A stretch of 64,000 nt of DNA, taken from NCBI GenBank assembly GCA_021741155.1, contig JAIOYP010000002.1:113557-177556 (forward strand), given 5' to 3'. Under the pieces are notes generated by a model. It was given only the letters and a program-made list of their open reading frames with translations, ran no database searches and had not been told where the DNA came from. Origin of the DNA: Flavobacteriales bacterium (GTDB taxonomy: Bacteria > Bacteroidota > Bacteroidia > UBA10329). The first letter of the stretch is position 1. Each line of letters opens with the position of its first letter. Made by a program: the position numbers and the translations under genes. This document shows positions 47,097-57,667 of the stretch, piece by piece.

Positions 47097-47546
47097 ATGA
47101 GCCTAACAGACCAAATAAACAACGACTTGAAAGAGGCCATGAAGGCCAAGGACACCTTAAAACTAACCGCATTGCGTGCTATTAAATCGCAATTGCTTTT
47201 AGCTGCTACCGAGAAAGGTGCTGATGGTCAATCTTCTGATGAAGCAGGAATAAAAATGCTTCAGAAATTGGTAAAGCAGCGGAAGGAAAGTGCCGAACTT
47301 TATCTTGCCCAAGGACGAAATGATCTTGCTGACCCAGAATTGGCTGAAGCTGCGATTATCGAAAAATATCTTCCGCAACAGTTGTCAGAAGCTGAATTGA
47401 AACCAATTCTTCAAGCCATTATTGCTAAGGTTGGAGCTTCTGGTCCGCAGGATATGGGAAAAGTGATGGGTGCTGCTTCTCAAGAATTGGCGGGAAAAGC
47501 GGATGGTAAGACGATTTCTTCTGTGGTTAAATCGCTTCTTTCGTAG
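47097..47546 (+). CDS. GatB/YqeY domain protein
   Basis: MSLTDQINNDLKEAMKAKD…LRAIKS…, 149 aa, a typical YqeY. Confidence 0.9.
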   Translation: MSLTDQINNDLKEAMKAKDTLKLTALRAIKSQLLLAATEKGADGQSSDEAGIKMLQKLVKQRKESAELYLAQGRNDLADPELAEAAIIEKYLPQQLSEAELKPILQAIIAKVGASGPQDMGKVMGAASQELAGKADGKTISSVVKSLLS

Positions 47547-47597
47547 AATACGAGACGCGTTTCTCGCCTCTCAAGATAGCACTCACTTCAAAAAGGT

Positions 47598-47605
47598 TAA
47601 CTTTG
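47598..47605 (+). promoter_or_regulatory. -7 box TAACTTTG giving a leaderless transcript for the TA operon
   Basis: Exact TAnnTTTG; the last G is 4 nt before the ATG at 47610, so the predicted TSS is at or next to the start codon. Confidence 0.4.
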
Positions 47606-47609
47606 AATT

Positions 47610-47819
47610 ATGAGGATAGAGCAACGAAAAATATCGCTTATAAACTGGATGATGAATCTTGAAGACGAAACGCTGATTGGATACATCGAACGCATACGCA
47701 ATAGTTCATCTAGCGAGATTCCGCAAGAAATTTTTATGATTTTGGAAATGTCGGCTGCGGCAAAAAAGGATGAGTGTATTGAACATACCGATTCCCGAAC
47801 TATTTTGGGTAGGGGATGA
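47610..47819 (+). CDS. putative antitoxin (small unannotated protein) partnered with ParE/RelE toxin
   Basis: 69-aa ORF whose stop overlaps the toxin start (ATGA at 47816-47819). No recognisable fold from sequence. Confidence 0.5.
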   Translation: MRIEQRKISLINWMMNLEDETLIGYIERIRNSSSSEIPQEIFMILEMSAAAKKDECIEHTDSRTILGRG

Positions 47820-48115
47820 ACCCCATTATTTGGACTCCAGTTGCCAAACGGTCTCTACAACAAACCGTTGATTTTATCTCCGAAGTTTGGAACGAAAAAA
47901 TTGTTGATGTTTTTCTTACCGAACTTGATTCACGAATCGTACAGATTCAAGCAAATCCCGAACTAGCAAAAAGGTTGGAAAATACTGAATTCCGCCAACT
48001 GTCTGTTCACCGCACGGTCTCATTATTTTATCAGAACTATTCCGATCACACGAAAATTCTACTGGTTTGGGATAATAGACAGAATTCATCAAAATTGATT
48101 CAGAATCTAACGTAG
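47816..48115 (+). CDS. type II toxin-antitoxin system RelE/ParE-family toxin
   Basis: 99 aa. N-terminal …IIWTPVAKRSLQQTVDFI… and C-terminal …ILLVWDNRQN… match the Bacteroidota ParE/RelE-like toxins. Confidence 0.7.
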   Translation: MNPIIWTPVAKRSLQQTVDFISEVWNEKIVDVFLTELDSRIVQIQANPELAKRLENTEFRQLSVHRTVSLFYQNYSDHTKILLVWDNRQNSSKLIQNLT

Positions 48116-48137
48116 AGACGCGATAAATCGCGTCTCT
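48114..48137. terminator. hairpin between convergent parE-like and ispB
   Basis: agagacgcgat-aa-atcgcgtctct, perfect 11-bp stem; weak T-tract. Confidence 0.45.
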
Positions 48138-48145
48138 ACCGTAGG

Positions 48146-49120
48146 TTATTTCGTCCTATCAATCACAAAATTGACCAAATCAACCAGCGATTTTCTCGCC
48201 TCATTGTTCGGATACGACTCCAGCATAGCGAGCGCTTTCTGCTGATATTCCTTCATGCATTTCACGGTATATTCAATTCCACCTTTATCCCGAACCATCG
48301 CAATTACCTGAGCAACACGTTTTTCGTCCGTATTGTGGTTTTTGATGGTATTGATAATGAAGCGTTTTTCTGACCTGTCTGAATTGTTCAGCGCATAAAT
48401 CAGCGGCAACGTCATTTTCTTCTCCTTGATATCGATGCCTGTTGGTTTACCGATATTGGCATCGCTTCCATAATCGAACAAATCATCGCGAATTTGGAAG
48501 GCAATTCCGACTGTTTCTCCAAACAAACGCATCTGCTCAATAACTTCTTTGTCTTCCGAAACACTAGCAGCACCCGAAGCACAACAACTGGCAATAAGCG
48601 AAGCTGTCTTCTGCCGAATAATGTTGAAATAGACTTCCTCTGTGATGTCGAGTTTCCGCGCTTTCTCCATTTGAAGAAGCTCGCCTTCACTCATTTCTCG
48701 AACCGCATTTGAGGTGATTTCCAGCAAATGAAAATCCTTGTGTTTTACTGCTAGCAGAAGCCCTCGGCTCAGAAGATAATCACCAACCAAAACCGCCACT
48801 TTGTTCTTCCAAAGTGCGTTGATACTGAAAAACCCTCTTCGTTTGGAGGCATCGTCCACCACATCATCATGCACCAACGTTGCAGTATGTAACAACTCAA
48901 TAAGCGTTGCTGCACGATAAGTCTGGTCGTTCGTGTCAGACAGCATTTTTGCTGTGAGAAACACGAACATAGGGCGCATTTGTTTGCCCTTTCGTTTTAC
49001 TATATAATGGGTAATCTTATCAAGAAGTGCCACTTCGCTACGCATTGAAGAACGGAATCGTCCTTCAAATTCCTCCATTTCCAGCCTAACGGGCTGCTTT
49101 ATTTTATCGAGTGATGACAA
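48146..49120 (-). CDS. ispB: polyprenyl (octaprenyl/solanesyl) diphosphate synthase
   Basis: First DDxxD (LVHDDVVDD) and second DDxxD (IRDDLFDY) motifs, 324 aa. Confidence 0.85.
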   Translation of the reverse strand: MSSLDKIKQPVRLEMEEFEGRFRSSMRSEVALLDKITHYIVKRKGKQMRPMFVFLTAKMLSDTNDQTYRAATLIELLHTATLVHDDVVDDASKRRGFFSINALWKNKVAVLVGDYLLSRGLLLAVKHKDFHLLEITSNAVREMSEGELLQMEKARKLDITEEVYFNIIRQKTASLIASCCASGAASVSEDKEVIEQMRLFGETVGIAFQIRDDLFDYGSDANIGKPTGIDIKEKKMTLPLIYALNNSDRSEKRFIINTIKNHNTDEKRVAQVIAMVRDKGGIEYTVKCMKEYQQKALAMLESYPNNEARKSLVDLVNFVIDRTK

Positions 49121-49148
49121 GCTTGGCGAATGTAATCAAACAACATGT

Positions 49149-50192
49149 TTAGGCAGAAAGCTTATTCGCCAATTGTCCGCAAGCGGCATCAATGTCCTTT
49201 CCACGGCTTCTTCTGATGTTCACAATCAGATTCCGTTCTTCAAGAAACAATTTGAATTGATCCGTCTTAGCAATATCAGCCTTTTTGAACTCACCACCAT
49301 CAATCGGATTGTATTCGATAATGTTGATTTTGGTTGGAAAATTCTTACAGAATAAAGCAAGGTCTTTCGCGTCTTCAATAGAATCGTTGAAATCCTTGAA
49401 AATGATATATTCTAAAGTAGGACGTGTGCCTGTTTGCTCATAAAAATAGAGCATTTCCTCGGCCAAAATGGTCAGATTATTCGTCTCATTAATTGGCATG
49501 ATGTAGTCGCGCTTCTTCTCATTCGCAGCATGCAGCGATAACGCCAAATTGAATTTCACTTTATCATCTGCCAGCTTATGAATCATTTTGGCGATGCCAG
49601 CGGTGGAAACCGTAATTCGTTTTGGCGACATCCCAAGACCCTCAGGTGATGTAACTCGTTCAATGCTTTCGAGCACGTTTTTATAGTTCAAGAGCGGCTC
49701 GCCCATTCCCATATAAACGATATTGCTCAACGGAATTCCGTAGTGCTCCTCACTTTGCCGTGAGATATGAACCACCTGATCAAAAATCTCATCCGCATTC
49801 AAATTCCGCAATCGGTCCAACCGACCTGTTGCACAAAATTTACAACTCAAACTACAACCAATCTGAGACGAAATACAAGCCGTCATTCGGCTTGCTGTAG
49901 GAATCAGAACGCCCTCCACAAACTTTCCATCAGACGTTTTAAACGAACTTTTAATTGTTCGGTCTTCGCTAATTTGTTTCTCATCAACAGTCACTGCATT
50001 GATGCTGAAATGCTCTTCAAGCATATCGCGCGTTGGTTTGGAGAGATTTGTCATCTCATCAAACGATTGCGCTCCTTTCTTCCAAAGCCATTCACGAACC
50101 TGCTTGGCGCGGAAAGCCTTGTCGCCATTGTCGATGAAAAATGAAGTAATTTCATCATCACTCAATGCTCGTATGTCCTTTTTTTCGGTCAT
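49149..50192 (-). CDS. rlmN: 23S rRNA (adenine2503-C2)-methyltransferase, radical SAM
   Basis: CxxxCxxC (CSLSCKFCATG), …GMGEPLLN…, C-terminal Cys. Start at MTEKKD. Confidence 0.9.
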   Translation of the reverse strand: MTEKKDIRALSDDEITSFFIDNGDKAFRAKQVREWLWKKGAQSFDEMTNLSKPTRDMLEEHFSINAVTVDEKQISEDRTIKSSFKTSDGKFVEGVLIPTASRMTACISSQIGCSLSCKFCATGRLDRLRNLNADEIFDQVVHISRQSEEHYGIPLSNIVYMGMGEPLLNYKNVLESIERVTSPEGLGMSPKRITVSTAGIAKMIHKLADDKVKFNLALSLHAANEKKRDYIMPINETNNLTILAEEMLYFYEQTGTRPTLEYIIFKDFNDSIEDAKDLALFCKNFPTKINIIEYNPIDGGEFKKADIAKTDQFKLFLEERNLIVNIRRSRGKDIDAACGQLANKLSA

Positions 50193-50214
50193 TGTGCAAA
50201 GATACAGGCTTAAC

Positions 50215-51402
50215 ATGCGATTCCTTTCAGCAGACATCATCTTTCCTATTTACACCAACTCCATTCCCAACGGAATTCTGGCTGTAAGCGCCAACGGAAC
50301 TATTAATGATGTGCTATTACCTGATGATGAAAATGCTCCTGACCCAAGTAGAATAGAGCGTTTTGAAGGCGCGCTGTGTCCAGGTTTCATCAACGCACAC
50401 TGCCATCTGGAGCTATCTCATATGAAAGGAGTAGTTGCGGAGAAAACGGGACTTCCTAAGTTCATAACTGAGATTGTGACCAGACGAGAAGAAAATTCGG
50501 AGATGAAAATGGAGTCCATTCGATTGGCTGATGAAGAAATGTGGAGAAATGGCATTCAAGCCGTGGGCGACATTTGCAATACTGCAGATACACTTGAAAC
50601 GAAGCGAAATAGCCGTGTTGAATACCATTCATTCGTTGAAGTATTCTCCTTTGACCCGGCCAAGGCCGAGGCTGTTTTGAAAGAAGGCATTCGCGTAGCT
50701 GACCTATACCGTCAGGCCGATTTGCGTGCAAGCATCGTTCCACATGCGCCTTATTCGGTAAGTGAGCAGCTTTTTGCAGGAATCGCAGCGCAACAAAGTC
50801 GATTTTCAGGACCAATCAGTATTCACAATCAGGAGACTGAAAGTGAAGATGAAATGTTCGTTTCGGGAACAGGCGAGTTGGTTGAAACATTCAAAGGGTT
50901 TGGTGCGGATTTCACCAATTTCAATCCTCAGAAAAGAAGTGCACTAGATTATGCGTTACCTCAATTGCCCAAGAATCAAAATGTGATTCTCATTCACAAC
51001 ACGTGCTCTAAACAAGAGGAATTCGGTTACGTTGATTCGGTAAGAAACGATGTATTCTGGTGCACCTGCGCTCAAGCCAACAAGTATATCGAAAACCGAA
51101 TCCCTAACCTTCCGCTATGGCTTGAAAAGCAAGCGAAAATTTGCATTGGAACCGACAGTTTGGCTAGTAATCATCAACTATCTATCCTCGAAGAATTGAA
51201 GTTGATTCAATCAAACTACCTCGACATCAAACTTGCCGAATTGCTTAAAATGGCAACGTTAACCGGTGCAAAAGCATTGAATATGGACAAAGAAAAAGGC
51301 AGTTTCCTTAAAGGGAAACTGCCTGGAGTTCTTTGGTTGAAAAATGTGAATCTAAACGAAGGTCTTTTTACAGAAACAAGTTCCGTTCAGCGGCTTTTTT
51401 AA
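50215..51402 (+). CDS. amidohydrolase-family (chlorohydrolase/deaminase-like) protein
   Basis: HxH (INAHCHLELSHM), …SIHNQE…, …IHNTC…, …IGTDSLAS… metal-ligand pattern. Start at MRFLSAD (ATG 50215), divergent from rlmN by 22 nt. Confidence 0.7.
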   Translation: MRFLSADIIFPIYTNSIPNGILAVSANGTINDVLLPDDENAPDPSRIERFEGALCPGFINAHCHLELSHMKGVVAEKTGLPKFITEIVTRREENSEMKMESIRLADEEMWRNGIQAVGDICNTADTLETKRNSRVEYHSFVEVFSFDPAKAEAVLKEGIRVADLYRQADLRASIVPHAPYSVSEQLFAGIAAQQSRFSGPISIHNQETESEDEMFVSGTGELVETFKGFGADFTNFNPQKRSALDYALPQLPKNQNVILIHNTCSKQEEFGYVDSVRNDVFWCTCAQANKYIENRIPNLPLWLEKQAKICIGTDSLASNHQLSILEELKLIQSNYLDIKLAELLKMATLTGAKALNMDKEKGSFLKGKLPGVLWLKNVNLNEGLFTETSSVQRLF

Positions 51403-51960
51403 TTACCACTCATCGCTAGCTGCGCCTTCAGCTTTGGCAATTCCTTTAGTCATTTCTTCAATCATATTCTGAATTTCAGTATCAACATCTGTCAGATAGT
51501 ATGCATGATTTTTTGCGTTTGCATCTTCCTTATCCAACCACTTTTCTAATGGCTCATAGCTTGTGGCTTTCAGATTCAAGTCAGTAACCGTGTACTTGTA
51601 TCTACCATCACGGAAACGCAACGTCAATGTGTATTGAACCAATCCTTGCGTACTTGTTGTCTTTACACCTTTTGCATCGTAGACAAAAATCGGGAATCGA
51701 ACAAAAATCTCCATTTCGCCAGCTTCACGGTCTTGCTTTCTCAGTTTCTCTGCAAAATTCTTGTGGTATTTTCCGCCCCATTTCAAGGCTCTATCAAACA
51801 GGTCTTGAGCCGAAACACCGCCTACTTCTGGCACTCCAGAATAGGTAATCAATTTGGTAGATGCGTCTAGCTTCATTGCTGGCCAGCTCAATTCTACTTT
51901 TTTTTGAGCCATCAGGCCAAACGGAAGGGATGCCATAAGCACCAATGCTAAAATTCTCAT
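51403..51960 (-). CDS. hypothetical secreted protein (DUF4468-like)
   Basis: Signal peptide, 185 aa, no catalytic motif. Confidence 0.45.
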   Translation of the reverse strand: MRILALVLMASLPFGLMAQKKVELSWPAMKLDASTKLITYSGVPEVGGVSAQDLFDRALKWGGKYHKNFAEKLRKQDREAGEMEIFVRFPIFVYDAKGVKTTSTQGLVQYTLTLRFRDGRYKYTVTDLNLKATSYEPLEKWLDKEDANAKNHAYYLTDVDTEIQNMIEEMTKGIAKAEGAASDEW

Positions 51961-51986
51961 GTTGTAAAAATAAAGGTTGAAATTAA

Positions 51987-53030
51987 TCAGTTTGCGTTGG
52001 CAGTGTCTTCAAATTCCTCGCCAAGTTTTCCTAATCCGATGGATGTGTAGTAATTATTGAATAGGTTAACCGCCACATTATATCGTTCTGCCTTTGTTTC
52101 TACCCCCAAAAGAATGGTTATTACCCGATGATTGCAACGCTTTGAAGTAGCAACAATGCAATATTTGGCAGCATTCGTAAAGCCTGTTTTGAGTCCATCA
52201 ATCTCACCGTAATCTTTGACAAGCGTATTTCGGGTTTCATAGGTATAAATACCGTTTGCGTTCTGAATTTTTTCTGTGCTGCGAGATGTCATGTCCATTA
52301 TGCCATCGTGTTTGACTAAATCACGGGCAAGTAGCAAAAGATCAGCTGCGGTTGACTCATTATCTGATAGTTCGTTCGATTTCACAGGCATTCCTGTTGA
52401 ATTGGCGAAACACGTACTCTCCATACCAAGACCTTCTGCTTTTTCATTCATTAAACGAACAAAATCCTCTTCGGTACCTCCAACGTGCTCAGCCAAAGCA
52501 TAAGCAGCATCATTTCCAGACCGAATCATGGCGGCCTCAAGAAGATCGGCTACACTCAGCTTTTGTCCTGCTTTTAACCAAACGCACGAGCCACCAACGC
52601 AGGTTGCCTTTGGAGTAATCTTGACCAAATCTTCGAGACCAATCTTTCCAGCCTGAATTTGTTCCATTGTAATCAAAGCCACCATCATTTTTGTGAGGGA
52701 TGCGATAGGAAATTTTTGGTTCAGATTTTTCTCATAAACCAAACTGTTTTCATTAAAATCGTAAACCAAAGCGGCCTTAAACAACGATGGTTCGTAGGCC
52801 AACGTGCTGTCAAGTTGAATATTTATGTAGTCAAATTGTTTACGAGGTGGTTCTTCTTTTACCAGCTCAGGCTCTCCTTTTGGAGTTTCAGACCAACCGA
52901 ATAAAACGGTTGGTTCGGAGAAGAGAAGCACCAGAAATAACAAAAATGGGGTAACAAGTAGCCCAACAGACTTCAGTTTTTGAGCTGCGGATGTACTTGA
53001 ATTAAGGTTAGTTGATTCCATTCGGCACAA
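51987..53030 (-). CDS. dacA: D-alanyl-D-alanine carboxypeptidase (peptidase S11)
   Basis: SxxK (ASLTKMM), SGN (RSGNDAA) and KTG (LKTGFT) motifs. Start uncertain. Confidence 0.8.
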   Translation of the reverse strand: MCRMESTNLNSSTSAAQKLKSVGLLVTPFLLFLVLLFSEPTVLFGWSETPKGEPELVKEEPPRKQFDYINIQLDSTLAYEPSLFKAALVYDFNENSLVYEKNLNQKFPIASLTKMMVALITMEQIQAGKIGLEDLVKITPKATCVGGSCVWLKAGQKLSVADLLEAAMIRSGNDAAYALAEHVGGTEEDFVRLMNEKAEGLGMESTCFANSTGMPVKSNELSDNESTAADLLLLARDLVKHDGIMDMTSRSTEKIQNANGIYTYETRNTLVKDYGEIDGLKTGFTNAAKYCIVATSKRCNHRVITILLGVETKAERYNVAVNLFNNYYTSIGLGKLGEEFEDTANAN

Positions 53031-53097
53031 TTATACTTATCTCACACACTAAAGGTTAGTCTTAGCCACATAAAACTGTTAACATGAAATTGTTAAT

Positions 53098-53778
53098 TCA
53101 ATCTGTATTGATTCGTCTTGTAAATATCAATTGGGCCAATTCAAGGTCAATCGGGGTTGTAATTTTGATGTTTTCGTCATTTCCATCGATTAGAAGAATT
53201 TTCTGACCAGCTGCCTCTACAACGGTAGCATCGTCAGAATAGTCTGTATTTAACGCAGATCCGAACGCCTTTTTTAGAACCGAGGTTTGAAAGCACTGGG
53301 GAGTTTGAACCGCGCAATAGTTATTTCGATCCACAGCTTCGCTGATTCCCTGATTCAATTTTCGCAAACTTTGCACGATTGGAATGGTGGGAATGGCCGC
53401 ACCACCCGAACTTGCAGCAGCAAAACAGGCATCAACCATTGTTTTTGACGGAAAAGGTCGCACGCCATCATGCACGCCAACCAAATCTGAATCTACCACT
53501 TTTGCTAGTCCGTTTTTTACGGAAAGAAAGCGCGTTTCGCCACCCTCAGCCAATTCGTGCTCAAGCAAAAAGCCGTGCTTTTTCTTCAACTCATCCCAAA
53601 CTGAAAATTGACTTACTGGAAGAACCAAAATCAACTGCTTGGTTTTGTCCATTGCGTGCAGATTCTCCAATGTGTGCATAAGAATCGGTTTGCCGTTCAG
53701 TTCAATAAACTGCTTAGGAATTTCGGCTCCCATTCGAGTTCCGCTTCCACCAGCCACAATTATCATGCTTTTCTTCAT
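53098..53778 (-). CDS. ispD: 2-C-methyl-D-erythritol 4-phosphate cytidylyltransferase
   Basis: …IIVAGGSGTRMG…PKQF…, 226 aa. Confidence 0.9.
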   Translation of the reverse strand: MKKSMIIVAGGSGTRMGAEIPKQFIELNGKPILMHTLENLHAMDKTKQLILVLPVSQFSVWDELKKKHGFLLEHELAEGGETRFLSVKNGLAKVVDSDLVGVHDGVRPFPSKTMVDACFAAASSGGAAIPTIPIVQSLRKLNQGISEAVDRNNYCAVQTPQCFQTSVLKKAFGSALNTDYSDDATVVEAAGQKILLIDGNDENIKITTPIDLELAQLIFTRRINTD

Positions 53779-53836
53779 AAAAAAATCCCGATTCTCTAAT
53801 TGAGAATCGGGACTGAAATTAAGGTTTATGTGTTGA

Positions 53837-54886
53837 TCAAAGAATCAGCATCGCATCTCCGTAGGAGTAGAATCTGTATTTCTCCTTAATGGCTTGATCG
53901 TAAGCTTCGCGCATGAAATCATAACCAGCAAACGCTGCCACCATCATCAACAAAGTTGACTGCGGCATGTGGAAATTTGTCACCATACAATTTGCAACAT
54001 TGAAATCGTAAGGAGGAAAAATGAACTTGTTTGTCCATCCTTCATACGGCTTCATATCTCCAGTGGTACTAACTGATGTTTCCGAAGCTCTAACAGTAGT
54101 TGTTCCGATGGCGCAAACTTTCTTTTTAGCAGCCCTTGATGCATTGACAATATCACACGCTTCTTGCGTAATAATCAATTGCTCACTGTCCATTTTGTGC
54201 TTGGTAAGATCTTCCACCTCAACTGGACGAAATGTTCCAAGACCAATATGTAAGGTTATTTCAGCGAAATTCACTCCTTTCAACTCCAATCTTTTAAGCA
54301 ATTGCTTGCTAAAATGAAGTCCAGCTGTTGGCGCTGCAACTGCTCCTTCATGCTTGGCGAAAACCGTTTGATAACGCTCTTCATCTTCTGGCTCGGCAGC
54401 ACGCTTGATGTATTTGGGAAGTGGCGTTTCTCCTAGTCCAAAAATGGTCTCTTTGAATTGCTCATGCGTTCCATCAAACAAGAAACGGAGTGTTCGTCCA
54501 CGAGAAGTTGTGTTGTCAATTACTTCAGCAACAAGGCTATCATCATCACCGAAATACAATTTATTTCCTATTCTGATTTTACGAGCTGGATCCACTAAAA
54601 CATCCCAAAGGATGCTTTCGCGATTCAATTCACGAAGTAGAAAAACTTCGATTTGCGCTTCCGTTTTTTCCTTCTTACCAATTAATCGAGCTGGAAAAAC
54701 CTTGGTATTGTTTAAAAGGAATGAATCTCCATCATCGAAATAATCGAGAATGTCTTTAAATGTTCTATGCTCAATTGTGCCCTTTTTGCGGTCCATAACC
54801 ATCAATCGGCTTTCTTCTCGGTCTTGAGATGGATGATAGGCAATTAGTTCTTGAGGAATGTTGAATTTGAATTGTGATAATTTCAT
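53837..54886 (-). CDS. queA: S-adenosylmethionine:tRNA ribosyltransferase-isomerase
   Basis: [19 protein letters not shown]…, a full-length QueA. Confidence 0.95.
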   Translation of the reverse strand: MKLSQFKFNIPQELIAYHPSQDREESRLMVMDRKKGTIEHRTFKDILDYFDDGDSFLLNNTKVFPARLIGKKEKTEAQIEVFLLRELNRESILWDVLVDPARKIRIGNKLYFGDDDSLVAEVIDNTTSRGRTLRFLFDGTHEQFKETIFGLGETPLPKYIKRAAEPEDEERYQTVFAKHEGAVAAPTAGLHFSKQLLKRLELKGVNFAEITLHIGLGTFRPVEVEDLTKHKMDSEQLIITQEACDIVNASRAAKKKVCAIGTTTVRASETSVSTTGDMKPYEGWTNKFIFPPYDFNVANCMVTNFHMPQSTLLMMVAAFAGYDFMREAYDQAIKEKYRFYSYGDAMLIL

Positions 54887-54976
54887 TGTGTTTGTTTTGA
54901 GCTTACGGGCCCATTTTTATGGGGGTGCGAAATTAAGAAAATGGTTGATTGAATTCAGACTAGGAAGTCTTCAAGC

Positions 54977-55696
54977 CTAATCTCCGTGCAATAACGCCTG
55001 AAATTGATCTGCGCTAATAGCGTCTTCCACGCTGAATTTTCCGATTTTGGTTCGTCTCAACGCGGATAGATATCCACCCGAGTTCACTGCTTTTCCAAAG
55101 TCGTATGCTACCGATCGGATGTAGGTTCCTTTAGAACACGCCACTCGAAAATCAACCTCAATAGTTTCAGAATTTCTTCTGATGGTAATTACCTCAAACT
55201 CCTTAATCGTGACAAGTTTCGTATTCAACTTCACGTCTTTTCCTGCCCGAGCCAAATCATAAGCACGCTTGCCATCAACTTGTTTAGCAGAAAAAATAGG
55301 TGGCATTTGGTGATGTTCACCAACCATTTCTGTAGCCGTCTTACGAATCAATTCGTCCGTAATATGTTCAACAGGAAAAGTCTCGTTCACTTCTGTCTCC
55401 AAATCGTATGATGGCGTGGTTGCGCCAATGGTGATTGTTCCTGTATATTCCTTCTCAGCATCTTGAATGGAGCTGATTGTCTTGGTAGACTTTCCTGTAC
55501 AAATCACCAAAAGCCCAGTAGCAAGCGGATCCAAAGTTCCAGCATGGCCGACTTTGATATTCTTAAGCTTCAGCTTTCGCTTAATAATGCCACGTACACG
55601 ATTAACGATGGAAAATGAGGTGGGTCCGTACGGTTTATCGAACAGCAACACTTCGCCCTTTACAAAATCGAACTCAGAAAACTCCGACTGCATCAT
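54977..55696 (-). CDS. truB: tRNA pseudouridine(55) synthase
   Basis: …[14 protein letters not shown]… catalytic Asp motif, 239 aa. Confidence 0.95.
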   Translation of the reverse strand: MMQSEFSEFDFVKGEVLLFDKPYGPTSFSIVNRVRGIIKRKLKLKNIKVGHAGTLDPLATGLLVICTGKSTKTISSIQDAEKEYTGTITIGATTPSYDLETEVNETFPVEHITDELIRKTATEMVGEHHQMPPIFSAKQVDGKRAYDLARAGKDVKLNTKLVTIKEFEVITIRRNSETIEVDFRVACSKGTYIRSVAYDFGKAVNSGGYLSALRRTKIGKFSVEDAISADQFQALLHGD

Positions 55697-56472
55697 ACGA
55701 TAGAAAGGTCATAGCCCAAGGCCAGCATCAACAGAATCAGTCCTCCAACAACGATGCGGTACCAGCCGAAGAGTTTGAACCCATAGCGCGTGAGGAAAGT
55801 GATGAAGAATTTGATGGCTGCCATTGCCACTAAAAAGGCAACAACATTACCAAAAAGAAGAATACCAATATTATCTGCGGTGATGTGCTCGTATCCTTTC
55901 AGTAGCTTATATGAAGCGGCAGCAAACATGGTGGGAACAGCTAAGAAGAATGAAAATTCAGCTGCTGTTTTTCTGTCGTATTTCAGCGCCATACCACCAA
56001 CAATGCTGGCTGCCGAGCGCGAAACTCCAGGAATCATTGCCAAACATTGAAAAAGTCCAATAATGAATCCATTCTTATAGGTTATCTCCTTAGGTTCTCC
56101 ATCATTAAAAAGTTTGTCAACAAACAAGAGGAAAATGCCACCTACAAGTAGCATCACAGCAACTACAGTTGCACTTTCTAAAAGAGCATCGATATAATCA
56201 TTGAGGAGCAGACCAATAACAGCTGCTGGAATAAAAGCCACAAACAGTTTGAAATAAAAATCGAGCGATTGGAAAAACTTTCTCCAATAAAGCACGACCA
56301 CCGAAAGAATGGCTCCGAACTGAATGTTCACTTCAAATACCTTCACAAAATCGCTTTCATTGATACCCATTAGGGCCGAAGCAATAATCATGTGTCCAGT
56401 TGAGGATACTGGAAGAAATTCTGTAATTCCCTCAATAATGGCCAGAATGAGGGCTTCCCAAAAACCCATCAA
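55693..56472 (-). CDS. uppP: undecaprenyl-diphosphate phosphatase
   Basis: …[13 protein letters not shown]… BacA signature, 8 TM. Confidence 0.95.
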   Translation of the reverse strand: MMGFWEALILAIIEGITEFLPVSSTGHMIIASALMGINESDFVKVFEVNIQFGAILSVVVLYWRKFFQSLDFYFKLFVAFIPAAVIGLLLNDYIDALLESATVVAVMLLVGGIFLLFVDKLFNDGEPKEITYKNGFIIGLFQCLAMIPGVSRSAASIVGGMALKYDRKTAAEFSFFLAVPTMFAAASYKLLKGYEHITADNIGILLFGNVVAFLVAMAAIKFFITFLTRYGFKLFGWYRIVVGGLILLMLALGYDLSIV

Positions 56473-56721
56473 TTACGACTTGGCGCGATACATAATGCCG
56501 ATAATTTCCAACGCAAAACCTGCGAGAACGACCAATGGAGCAACCGTAATTCGAGTAGTGCTAAAAATTTCGGTGCTGAACACGTTCGGATCATCAGAAG
56601 CACCACCAGCCATCAGCACAAATCCAACAATAATAACCACCATTCCTACACCCGTAATGACGTAATTCTCTTTTCCGAATGCGAATTCTTTTTCGCTGTT
56701 TCCTTGCTCGCTCATGTTCAA
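56473..56721 (-). CDS. DUF3098 small membrane protein
   Basis: 82 aa, 2 TM. Conserved Bacteroidota position between ftsX and uppP. Confidence 0.65.
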   Translation of the reverse strand: MNMSEQGNSEKEFAFGKENYVITGVGMVVIIVGFVLMAGGASDDPNVFSTEIFSTTRITVAPLVVLAGFALEIIGIMYRAKS

Positions 56722-57596
56722 TAATAAAGTTCGTCCGCGTTCAAGCGGAGATATTTTCTAACTGCAAAAGTCGTACTTAAGAATGAGATGATAAGCCCTA
56801 AAGCCAGCACCGCACCAAAAAGCGTAAATACAATTTCAATGTCTTCTAAACCGAACAATTCGGGGATATTCTGACTTGCCAAGTAGATGACTCCTGCAAG
56901 CAACACATTGGCCACAACTGCACCTACAATTCCACGCAAAATACCTTCAACCACAAACGGTTTCCGAATAAATGCCTGCGTAGCCCCAACCAGTTTCATT
57001 GAATTAATCAGGAAGCGTTTTGAATAGATTGAAAGTCGAATGTTGTTGTTGATAAGGGAAATCGCGATTAGAGACAAAAGCCCACAGAAAATCAAGATTA
57101 CAATCCCCGCTTTCCGCACGTTTCTGTTAATCACACGGATTAAATCCACCGGATAATCAATCTCGAAAATCATCGGGTTTTCCAACAGCTCAGATTTGAT
57201 TTCGACAATCCCATCCTCGTTCGCATACTCCGATTTGATTTTCACATCAATCGAACGCTTTAGCGGATTGTAGCCCATAAAGCCGACAAAATCCTCACCC
57301 AAAACTTCCTTCAAATGCTCGGCAGCCTCGTCTTGAGAAATGTAATTCGTGCTTCGTGCAAAGTCTGAAGCGTCCAAAAACTTCTGAAATTGAAGAATAT
57401 CCACATCCTTCGCCTCATCTTTCATGTAAATCGTGAAACCGATATTCTCCTTCACATATCCCGAAAGCGCATTGGCATAAAGCAAGGTTAAACCAAGCAA
57501 TCCGAGCATAAAAAGCACCAGCGAAATACTCACCACTGCCGTCACATTGCTCGACAATATCTGTTTTTTATGCGCTTTTTCTTCTGGTGTTGCCAT
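56718..57596 (-). CDS. ftsX: cell division permease-like protein FtsX
   Basis: 292 aa, N-terminal TM, large periplasmic loop, then 3 C-terminal TM of the FtsX-like permease fold. Confidence 0.85.
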   Translation of the reverse strand: MATPEEKAHKKQILSSNVTAVVSISLVLFMLGLLGLTLLYANALSGYVKENIGFTIYMKDEAKDVDILQFQKFLDASDFARSTNYISQDEAAEHLKEVLGEDFVGFMGYNPLKRSIDVKIKSEYANEDGIVEIKSELLENPMIFEIDYPVDLIRVINRNVRKAGIVILIFCGLLSLIAISLINNNIRLSIYSKRFLINSMKLVGATQAFIRKPFVVEGILRGIVGAVVANVLLAGVIYLASQNIPELFGLEDIEIVFTLFGAVLALGLIISFLSTTFAVRKYLRLNADELYY

Positions 57597-57667
57597 CTCC
57601 GATTGGGTCGGACGAAATTACACTTTTTGAACCGCGACCAATGGCCATTTAACGCAATTTAAGGTCT

